The position numbers and the translations under genes are program-made. DNA of 64,000 bases from Chiloscyllium plagiosum (taxonomy: Eukaryota), in NCBI RefSeq assembly GCF_004010195.1, contig NC_057749.1, positions 18,392,488 to 18,456,487 on the forward strand, given 5' to 3'. The notes below the pieces were generated by a model that worked only from the letters and a program-made list of their open reading frames with translations, was not told the DNA's origin and searched no databases. Positions 51,852 to 62,348 of the stretch are shown here, one piece after another. The number at the start of each line of letters is the position of its first letter. The first letter of the stretch is position 1.

Positions 51852-52714
51852 ATCAGCACAGATATCTTAGATGGTTTTAGAACTGGACGAAATTATGAAG
51901 GTGAGGAGGAGTGAGGTTTGAAAACACAGATGAGAATTTTAAAACTGAAACATTGTTTGACTGGGAGCCAGCATAGGTCAGTGAGCGCAGGGGTAATGCA
52001 TGAATGGAATTCCCTGTAGAGGTATGGGAAGTGGAGTTTTTGATGACCTCAAGGTTATGGGGGGGGGGGGGGAAATGTGGGAGACTGGTCAGGAATATTT
52101 TGGGAATAGGCGAGTCTAGATGTAGCAGAGGCATTGGGTGAAGGTTTCAGCAACAGATGCAGTCAGGTGATGCTCTAGAGGTGGAAATGATGGTGCAGAC
52201 ACATGGCTAGATATTTACTTGGTACACAATACGATTCCAGCTTTGTCACATTTACATAGTTTGCAGTAACAGATGCATCATTTGTGAATAGGATTTCACT
52301 ATTATCATTAACAACTTGACGCTTTTTAAACAGTAGCCAGTTGAGCATGTAGGAAAATTAAATAAAGAAGGCTAATTTTTCAACCATCTTTCAAGCCATG
52401 GTTTGCTTCTTAGTGTCTTTAAACATGATGGTTTTGGTCACAGCTGACTGTGGTTCAGGGGTCAGGACCTTAGGCTTTCTGCTCATGGCTTGCAAAAATA
52501 CAGAATTAATTTAAGGATTCAAGTGAATGTTCGGGTAATTCAGCAATTTGCACTGCAAGTCTTGTGGGTTGCAAACCACAAGAGAGCAATATAAAGGTTA
52601 CAGGGAAAGATTCCTGACAAGATCTTAAAAATCTCAGGTTTACTTTTTAAGAAGTCAAGTCCATTTATTGTTATAAAGCTCTAAGTTTTTTTTTGCTCAA
52701 GTGAATTAATAACA

Positions 52715-53485
52715 CTTGGAGTATTGTGTACAGTTTTGTACACCCTCTTATAGGAAAGACGTAGTTAAACTGGAAAGAGTGCAGGGAAGGTTTATGAGGA
52801 TGTTGCCAGGACTAGTAGGCTTGTGTTTATAGGGACAGGTTGGGCATGATAGGACTTTATTCCTTGGAACATAAGAGAAAGAGGGGTGACCTTATTGAGG
52901 TGTATAAAACCATGATGGACATAGAGAGGGTGAACGCATATAGTCGTCTTCCCAGAGATGGGAAAATTGAAAACTTGGCAGCATAGTCATAGAGATGTGC
53001 AGCATGGAAACAGACCCTTCAGTCCAACCCGTCCATGCCGACCAGATATCCCAACCCAATCTAGTCCCACCTTCCAGCACCCGGCCCATATCCCTTTAAA
53101 CCCTTCCTGTTCATATACCCATCCAGATGCCTCTTAAATGTTGCAATTGTACCAGCCTCCACCACATCCTCTGGCAGCTCATTCCATGTACGTACCACCC
53201 TCTGTGTGATAGGTTTAAGATGAGAGGAGAAAGAGTTAAGAAGGACCTGAGGGGCAACTTCTTCACGCAGAGAGTCGTGCATATATGAAATGGGCTGCTA
53301 GGGAAAGTAGTTGAGGCAGGTACAATAGCAACATCTAAAAAACATTGGGATAGGCACATGGATGGGATGGGTTTAGAGGACAAAGGACCAAATGCAGGCA
53401 ATTGGAACTAGCTGTGTGGGCATCGTGGTCAGCCTGACCAACTGAGGCCAAAGGGCTTGTTTTCCATGCTGTATGACTCTATGAT
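52715..53485 (+). mobile_element. CR1 3' fragment with a nested antisense CR1 tail at 52987-53208
   Basis: Plus strand cacttggagtattgtgtacag...gctgtatgactctatga; the insert is the reverse complement of 7848-8065. Confidence 0.85.
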
Positions 53486-54554
53486 ACCTTCAAAAAGGTA
53501 TGGGATAAATATATGAAGAGAAAGTGTAGAAGGCTTATGGTAAAGAGCAGGTGACTAGAATGAATTGAATATCTTCTTTGTATGGTTGGCATAGTAATGA
53601 TGGGCCAATGGTGGGCCTCTTTTGCTTTAGAATTTTATCAATGTTATATCTGCTTTGCTTTCATCTCCAGTTTGGAAGCTTTTTTCAGCAATGTAACATC
53701 ATCCTGTATTAACTTGTACATTTGTCTGTCAGTGGGTTTCGGGCAAGAGGTAATGTGGTGCCGTTTTGCAGATTAAACTTCAATGGTTCAATAAAATCAA
53801 TAAGTTTCCACAAAACCTTTTTCATCATAAAGAGTGACTTGGAGCAGGTTCTGGCATGTTGGTCTGGAAGCAGTCATGCCAGAGAGCTGATTATGGGATT
53901 TATTTTAAATTACGTCTCCTTCGATATAAAGGATCAGGGACCGATTGTGATGGTTGATCTGGCCCATGCCCTCTCCTGAGCAACTCTCTTGAGAGATATA
54001 GAGAGGGCCTCTGAATCCTTTCTCTTTGAGGTCTTGAGAATATGTGAAACTTGTGCTCACTCCCATCACAGGTCCAAGACCTGCCACAGCCTACAGGCTT
54101 CCTCACTGTGGATTTAACATTGTACCCTTAACCTGCACAGTTCCAAAAGTAATCACTTGATATTTTATCCTTATACTGCCAGAGTTACAGTGCCTCTCAC
54201 AGCATGAGATCCCCAAATGTAGGTAAGGAAATTAAAATAGTGCTGAGCTTTTCATTTCTCATTGCCTCCCCACCACCAGCACATGGGACATATCCTCTTT
54301 CCACTGGGCTGCCACCTTTGAAGATATTCTTGGTAAAAGCAATCCCCTGGGTCTTCCTCCATTCTCTTGCTTTTTCTTCCAAAAGATGGCAATATTCTGG
54401 CAATCAGACTTGTCCCAGAGGCATTTAGACACATGCCTGAACAGGCAGGGGATGGAGGCTTATGGACCACATACCGATGGGATTAATTTAGAATGGCATC
54501 ATGGTTGGAGTAGATGTGATGGGCCAGTGGGCCTGATTCCATGCTGATAAGTGT

Positions 54555-55501
54555 CCTTCTCCAATCATAGGTACCTTCCCTGGTGCCCTTTCTGCTTCTC
54601 CAACCACAGGATCCCCCCTCCTTCTCCAATCAAAGGACTCCCTCCTCCTTCTCCAATCACAGGACTCCCCCCTTCCTGTTTCTCCAATCACGGGATCCCC
54701 TGCTTACTGCTTCTCCAATCACAGGACTCCCCCCTTCCAGCCTCTCCATTCACAAGATTCCCCCCTTCCAGCTTCTCCAATCACAGGTTTCTTCCTTTCT
54801 TGCTTCTCCAATCCAGGATTCCCCCTTTCCAGCTTCTCCAATCACAGGATTCTCCCCTTCCTGCTTCTCCAATCACAGGATTCTCCTTTCCTACTTCTCC
54901 AATCACAGGATTCCCCCTTCCTGCTTCTCCAATCACAGGATTCCCCCTTCCTGCTTCTCCAGCCACAGGATTCTCCCTTCCTGCTTATCCAATCACAGGA
55001 CCCCCCCTTCCTGCTTCTCTAATCACAGGATTCTCTGCTTCCTGCTTCTCCAATCACAGGATTCTCCTTTCCTACTTCTCCAATCACAGGATTCCCCCTT
55101 CCTGCTTCTCCAATCACAGGATTCTCCTTTCCTACTTCTCCAATCACAGGATTCCCCCTTCCTGCTTCTCCAATCACAGGATTCTCCTTTCCTACTTCTC
55201 CAATCACAGGATTCCCCCTTCCTGCTTCTCCAATCACAGGATTCTCCTTTCCTACTTCTCCAATCACAGGATTCCCCCTTCCTGCTTCTCCAATCACAGG
55301 ATTCTCCTTTCCTACTTCTCCAATCACAGGATTCCCCCTTCCTGCTTCTCCATCACAGGACTCCCCAATTCCTGCTTCTGCAATCACAGGTGTCCCTTTC
55401 GTCTCTTCCAAATCACATGCTCCCTCACTCTCTCTCCCTTTCTGTTCCTCCAATCACAGGTTCTCCCCCCTCCTGCCCTTCCTACTCCTCCAATCACAGG
55501 T
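54555..55501. repeat. 30-bp minisatellite, about 31 copies, with a 60-bp higher-order core
   Basis: Unit ttctccaatcacaggattcccccttcctgc alternates with ttctccaatcacaggattctcctttcctac; exact 60-bp periodicity across 55051-55350. Confidence 0.97.
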
Positions 55502-56349
55502 ACGCCTGACACCCTTCCTGCTCACTTGCAGCCTTTTCTATTCCCTCGATCAATGATTCTGCCTCTCGAGTAGCAGCCGGCGTAGAAGGGAGAGAATCTG
55601 TCATTGAAGGAGCTGGAGCAATTGGCAGAGGTGAATCAGAAACTGTGTTTGAGGAGCAGCACAGATTCCCACAGGCGATGACAACTCTTTCACTTGAGCT
55701 CTGTTATTTTCTTGCTCCCAAAGAGACATCTGTTCCTGTGATTGATTAGCCTGTTCAAACCATGAAGGATCTTTAATATAGTTGAATAGAATGGGAGGAT
55801 AACATGTCTTAAATTTTCTGCTCCTGTCATTGCTTATTTGTGGGTTACTTGTGTCATTTCAAGGGTGAATTTACCCGCTGCTTTTCTATCGTTCGAACTC
55901 AATGACGATTCCCATATATTCGCAAACACACAGGTCATAAGTTTGTCATCATTATTTTGGAAGCTTGTTCTCTTACATTTCTGCTGTTGATCCAGGTCCC
56001 CTCAGCTGTAGAATGACATTGCAATCACTCTTGTGAGGTTGCAGCTATTAGGAAAGTTTGTCTTTTCTAGAAGAGAAGTTGTCACAAAATTATGAAGGGG
56101 TTTTATATAGTACAAGGACAGAAAATGCTCCATTTGTGTTAACGTCGCAAACAAATATAATTCAAAATTCAGGAGAATGTTTTTTTCCTGAGTGGTGAGA
56201 ATGTGGAAATTTACTGCATCAAGTGATTGAGGGGAATAGTGTATGGAGTCATTTATGGCATGGAAGGAGGTCATTTGACCCATCGAGTCCATGTTGGCCC
56301 TCATGAGTAATCCTGTCAGTCCCATTACACAGGTCAATCTTTTTTGTTG

Positions 56350-56620
56350 TTAATCTATTTTTCTAATCAGCCTGTTCAGTGATGTTGTTACACAGCTCTG
56401 GAGTAGGTGGAACTTGAACCAGGCCTCCCAGTTCAGGGTTAGAGCCACCACCACTGCACCATAAGAGGGCCACCCTGCACTTCATAGATTTGCACATTTA
56501 CTTGTTAAAAAATTAACCTTTTTTTAACCAATCTATTCAGAGATGTCTCTGGGGCAGGTGGGACTTGAACCCAGGCCTCAGTCCAGAAGTAGGGACTCTA
56601 TCTCTCCACCACAAGAGGTA
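56350..56620 (-). mobile_element. Two tandem copies of a short (~110-130 bp) tRNA-derived SINE
   Basis: Minus strand ctcttatggtgcagtggtgg...cctggttcaagttcc and cctgggttcaagtcccacc (A/B boxes); relatives near 31880-31970 and 47605-47705. Confidence 0.6.
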
Positions 56621-57529
56621 TGATTTTGCAAGCTTATTCTTTTTCAAATGGTTATCAAATTTCATTTCAAATCATTGATTCAGTGATATAGGAGTTCAGT
56701 CAATGTATAGGATCATAGGATCCCTTGTTCCTAATGAACTAACCACCATCAGTAAGTTGATATGTTCAAGAGGGGAAAAAATTGGCCATCAAAGTCATCA
56801 ATGCCCTTGTTAAAAATTCTTAATTGATTGGGAGTGATGTAATGCTATTTAACATGATAGCTGAGTAAAAAAAATCATAAATGTAAGAAACTGAGCTAAT
56901 ATTATGCTTTTAATATTGTGTAACGACAGTTTAATAGGCGACACCATAGGTTTCAGAGATGTCCCGTGAACAACTCGTTGTTCTTTCTTTCAGGTCCACA
57001 CATTAATGAGTGGATTAGGTTTCCATTCTCTCTATCTCAGATTTTGTAGATATTGAATTTTTACCCAAGTAAAAGGATCCCTCAGCCTGGATATCTTTAA
57101 AGGAAACTGTTGTGGACTTTACTGTTCTTTTCCCAGTTAGATCTTTCATCAAACTTGTCTTCAATTTATTGCTTGTTTTACAATCCATTCCAAAATTGTT
57201 AATCTTCTGTGGCAGTGTTCACTGATAAAATAAACTTGCATCCTATAACTCTACTTCTCCTCCTTTCCACTCATTATTCTTATGTCCCGAGAATCATAGA
57301 ATGCTTCCAGTGGAGGAGACCACTTGACACAACTCATCTCAAGGCAGGAAATTCCCCTCCCTGTTCTCTCCACACTGCCCTGCATGTTTGTACTTTTCCT
57401 TCTTGACATCTTCAATTGAACTGGTTTCCACTACAGTCTTGGCCAGTGGGTTCCAGATCCTACCAACTCATTGTGTGCAACATAATTCTGTCTTTTGTAT
57501 TCATGTTCTGACTCCTTGTCTCCTTTTAT

Positions 57530-57733
57530 ATGGAACAGGCTGCCAGAGGACGTGGTGAAGGCTGGTACAATTACAGCATTTAAAAGGCATCTGGATGGGT
57601 ATATGAATAGGAAGAGTTTAGAGGGATATGGGCCAAATGCTGGCAAATGGGACTAGACTCATTTAGGATATCTGGTTGGCGTAGATGAGTTGGACCGAAA
57701 GGTCTGTTGCCGTGTTGTACATCTCTGACTCGA
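57530..57733 (+). mobile_element. CR1/HER1 3' end
   Basis: Collinear with 7870-8070. Confidence 0.88.
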
Positions 57734-57736
57734 TAT

Positions 57737-58128
57737 CAGCTGTGGCTCAGTCGATAGCTCTTGTGTTTGAGTCAGAAACTTGTGGGTTCAAGCCCACTCT
57801 GTGACTAGTGACACTCGAGCATCAAATTGAAGAGTGCTGCCTGTCAGGGGTGCTGTCTTGGATGTTACACTGAGGAGCCATGTGCACCCTCAAGTGGGCA
57901 TATTATGAAGAAGAGCAATGAAATTATTCTCCGCGTCCTTTGTTTTCTGTTTTTTGGTTTTCGCTCCGATTCTCTTGAGAAGCCTCCGGTTTGTCTGGGA
58001 GCAGCAAACTGTTCAAAGCAAGGACCTATGTTTTTACATTTTAACTGCGCTTCAAAATTGGCTGCAAAACATAATGGGCTGTCCTGAGTTATTGAAAGGT
58101 GTGTTATAAATGTCAGTGTTTTTTTTTA
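57737..58128 (+). mobile_element. Deu-domain SINE (SacSINE1-like), degenerate
   Basis: tRNA-like head gctgtggctcagtcgatagc...gggttcaagccc; cttcaaaattggctgcaaaac and gaaaggtgtgttataaatg tail motifs. Confidence 0.6.
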
Positions 58129-59412
58129 CCCATCTCTGTGCTGTTGGCAAGTATTGGTCGCAGCCTCTTTGTAATGTTGGCCTTTAAGCGAACTATTTAA
58201 TTTGCTGCTGTTTGAATTTCTTGGATTGCAAAGACTCATTTAAATTTAGCAGTATCATCACCCTTGGAATTTGCATTGCAATAAAATTCCAACCGCAGGC
58301 GCAGAGTGGTCAAGCTATGCAAAGCAAGCAGCAGAAACCAGAGGCCCCCCCCCCCGTCTGCGGGTGTTGACAGCATAGGCTGTTTTCATTGCCAGCTGTC
58401 TGAAACAGAAGATGGCATGTTATTAGCACATGTCTCCATGCCACCTGTTTGCTGCTGGTTTGCTTTCATTGGTCATAATATGGGACCAAAGGCTTTATTG
58501 TGTTGTATGCAGTGAAGGTTGTTCCAGTGAAGGTCCAAGCTGAAGGCTTGCCAAGAGGCTGCATTTTGCATGTGACAAGGGAATATCAGTTGGGTCACTC
58601 CCCAAGACAGGCTGCTCAGTGTCTTGCTAAGCTGCTACTGATGGTGTTGTCACAAAGGCTTACCACTTCTGTTCAAGGGGAATGAGTTTATTCCAAGCGA
58701 CAGTCCTAATGAAACATTTATGAGCAAAGAGGGCAAGTGAGCTGGGCCCATGCTGTGCAAACGCAGCCTGCCAGAGCAGAGTTTTGTTCGGAGCTGAGCA
58801 GATCGTGGCTGGGTTCCCATCTCTGCACAGGCAAGGCTTTGTGTGGAATCAGCCCCAAGGCAGATCGCGCCCTTGCATTCCACCCTTTTATTCTCTGCGA
58901 TCGTTCAGACATGAATCCGATTACTGGAGCTGCTGGCTGGGTTCTTGCCAATGTCTCAGGCAGTTTCAACTGCAAACTTGTGTTCTGTGGGAGAGTTGAA
59001 CAAAAGGAAAGGTGGTAGTGTGGAATCTTGGGAATGTCGATCTGGTTGATTTATCTGCTTGCTGCGCTCTCACAAGTGATTTACATTCTTCTCCTTAACT
59101 ACAGTTTATGATTTACATCCTAGATACGTCATTTATTTGTTTCTGGTTTTTCACTACCCCCTCGCCCTTTTCTCCTCTTTTTCGGACACCTGATGCACTC
59201 CTGCTCCTTGAACGAAACTGCTGAAGGAATGCCTCTTGACAGTTTGATCAACAATCCTATTGGAAATCTGACACTGAAGCCTTTTTGCTCCTCACCTGCT
59301 GTGAGCAGATACCTTTCACTTCTGCTAAATGCATTTCCCACGTAGAATGGACAAAACATTGGTAAATGAGGCTTCACGCTAATCAGTACAAGATATTACT
59401 GTACATTTTTTA

Positions 59413-59701
59413 CAGTGGTTCAGTGGTTAGCACTGCAGCCTCACAGCACCAGGGTCCCAGGTTTGACTCCAGCCTTGGGTGAGTGTGTGTGGAGTTTGCA
59501 TATTCTCCCCTTTGTCTGCGTGGGTTTCCTCCGGGTGCTCCGGTTTCCTCCCACAGTCCAAAGGTGTGCAGGTCAGGTGAATTGGCCATGCTAAATTGCC
59601 CGTAGTGTTAGTTGCATCATTCAGAGGGAAATGGGTCTGGGTCGGTGTGGACGGGTTGGGCCGAAGGGCCTGTTCCCACGCTGTAAGGAATCTAATCTAA
59701 T
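59413..59701 (+). mobile_element. HE1-type V-SINE
   Basis: Head, V core and (aatct)n tail. Confidence 0.9.
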
Positions 59702-60124
59702 TTTTTGTACAAAGGATAGGATGATTATTTGTTACGCAAATAATATGGGACCAAAGGAGTGCCCGAGTATAAGTAAGAGATCACTAAAAGATCATGCCAC
59801 TTAATAAAAAAAACAAACACTCAGTCTTATTTCTAGACTGATCAAATTGAAAAGTCGTGAGAAGCCTTGGTTAGACCATATTTAAAGTGCAGACTGTGGT
59901 TCTGGATTGACAGGCTCGGTCTCTTATAAATAGAAGCTGGTGGGGGTTGGGGTCAGGCGGGGCTGGGGTTGGATGGGGGCGGGGGGAGGGTGGATCTAAT
60001 AGAGATTGTTTAAATTATGTGAGAACCTGGAAGTCCCTCCCTCCTGCAGAGTGTGGTTGAGATTAATAGTGCATTTAAGAGGAAACTGGGTTAGAAGCAG
60101 GTAAGATACTTGGAATCCTGCAGC

Positions 60125-60665
60125 AATAACTCACCTCCTGACTCACCAAGGAATATACAAGGCATATGGCAGGGGTGTGATGGAATACTCCCCACTTGCC
60201 TGGATTTGCTCAACTCTAATGACAGTCAAGATTGACACCATCCAAGACAAAGTAGCCCATTTGATTGGTATTACATCCACAAACCTTCACTCCCTCCACT
60301 AGCAATGCTCTGAAGTGCCTGCAATTCACCAATGCCCCTTAGACAACAATTTCCAAACCCACAACAACTATTGAAAAGGACAAGAACAGCAGAGACATAG
60401 GAATGCCATCACCTGGAACTTCCCTTCTAAGTCAGTAACCATCCTGACAATGGAAATATGTTGCTGTTCCTTTCGGGTCACCAGATCAAATTCCTGGTGG
60501 CCGCGTCTCCACACCCATTGTGGATCTACCTGCAGCAAATGGGCTCCAGCTTTTCAAGAAGGTTGCTCAGCAGCAGCTTCCTATTAACAGTTTGGGGTGG
60601 ACCATGAAAGCTGGCTTGGCCTGTGACGCCCACATCCTGCGAATGGGTTTTTAAAAAAAAAAATC
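60125..60665 (+). mobile_element. CR1-superfamily LINE 3' end (non-HER1 family) with A-rich tail
   Basis: Decayed IYKA..GVMEYSPLAW...DTIQDKVAHLIG; tail gacgcccacatcctgcgaatg followed by an A run. Confidence 0.7.
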
Positions 60666-60888
60666 ACTGCATTTGCATGTGGGAAATGGAGTTGCAAGTG
60701 CTTTGGATTGTATTTCTGAAAGGTTTGTTGAGTGATCATTGCTGAAAATGCCTTCTATAAGGCTAATCTTGTAACATGGAAAAGGCCATTTGGCCCATTG
60801 TGTCTGTCCCAAATATGTCAGTGTCAGTTGGTGGGCCCATTCTGTTTTTTTGGAATCCATGTGTGAACCTGACTTTGTGTTACACTTG

Positions 60889-62348
60889 GTTAGAGAGGAA
60901 AAGAACTGCAGATGCGGGAATCCAAAGTAGATAGGCAGGAGGCTGAACACAGCAAGCCAGGCAGCATCAGAAGGTGGAGAAGTCGCGTTTCAGATTTAAC
61001 CCTTCTTCAGGACTGGGGGGTGGGTATAGGGGGAGCTGCAGATAAAGGGGGTGGCATGGGCAGAGTGGCCAAGTGAGGATAGGTGAAGACAGGCAGGGGG
61101 TATGACCTGGTTGGTCAATGGGAGGAATGAATCCAGTTGGTGGCTGGGAGGAGTGGAAGGGAGGGGGATAGGCCGGGTCCGGTAAGGGAGTTGGGTGATG
61201 GGAAGGGAGGTTATTTGAAATTGGAGAACTCAATGTTGAGTTCTCCGGGCTGTAGGCTGCCCAGGCAGAAGATGAGGTGTCGTTCCTCCAATTTGCTGTT
61301 TGGTTCATTTTGGCAATGGAGAGGGCCAAGGATGGTCATGTCGGAAAAGGAGTGGGAAGGGGAATTAAAATGAGCAGTGACTGGGAGGTCAGGTCGGCCC
61401 CCGTGGGCCCAGCTGAGATGCTCGGTGAGCTGTTTCCTCAGTTTACGTTTGGTCTTTCCGGTGTAGAGAAGACCACACCAGGAGCACCTGATGCAATAAA
61501 CTAGGTTGCAGGAGAGGCAGGTGAACCTCTGTCTCACCCTTCTGCCAACTCCAACTAGACCCCACCACCAAGAACATCTTCCCCTCCCCACCCCTCTCTG
61601 CCTTCCGCAAGGACCATTCCCTTTGACAGTCCTTGGTTTGTGCCACTCTCCCCACCAAACTCCCAGGTACCTTCCCCTGCAACCGGAAAAGATGCAAAAC
61701 CTGCAGGCTCCATTCCCCCTCTCCCCACCTCCATCCAGGACCGCTAACAGTCCTTCCAGGTGAGACAGAGGTTCACCTACCTCTCCTTCAACCTAGTTTA
61801 TGGATCTGGATTGGTCTTCTCTACATTGGGGAGACCAAATGTAAACTTAGGGAACGGTTCACCAAGCATCTCAGCTGGGCCCACGGGGGCCGACCTGACC
61901 TCCCAGTCACTGCCCATTTTAATTCCCCTTCCCACTTCCTCTCTGACATGACCATCCATGGCCTCCTCCATTGCCACAACGACTCAGACTGCAAATTGGA
62001 GGAACGACACCTCATCTTCTGCCTGGGCAGCCTACAGCCTGGAGGACTCAACATTGAGTTCTCCAATTTCAAATAACCTCCCTTCCCATCACCCAACTCC
62101 CTTCCCAGCTCCTCCTCCTCCCTTGCACTCCTCTCAGCCACCAACTGGATTCATTCCTCCCATTGACCAACCAGGTCATACCCCCTGCCTGTCTTCACCT
62201 ATCCTCATTTCACTTCCCACCCCACCCTTGCCACCCACTTTATCTGTAGCTCCCCCTACACCCAGCCCCAGTCCTGAATTGTTGACTTCTCTACCTCCTG
62301 TTGCTGCCTAGCTTGCTGTGTTCTTCCAGCCTCCTCCTGTCTGTCTAA
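60889..62348. mobile_element. Foldback Penelope-like insertion (inverted arms of about 600 bp) with 15-bp TSD
   Basis: Minus arm 60889-61538 and plus arm 61540-62348 both encode GIY-YIG motifs (LVYCIRCSWCGLLYTGKT / GLLYIGETK); tttgtgttacacttg at 60874-60888 and 62349-62363. Confidence 0.92.

Noticed and set aside
54551..55573. 340-aa and 308-aa repetitive ORFs, and a CRISPR-like look
   Set aside because: Translation of a stop-free 30-bp tandem repeat; no unique spacers, no cas genes, vertebrate context
58402..58437. Peptide ETEDGMLLAHVS resembling the ZNF609 exon junction (ETEDG-MLVVNVT as recalled)
   Set aside because: Similarity stops on both sides (no EGIVW before, no WRNKTY after) and no acceptor lies at the expected position; most likely chance. 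A TBLASTN with ZNF609 would settle it
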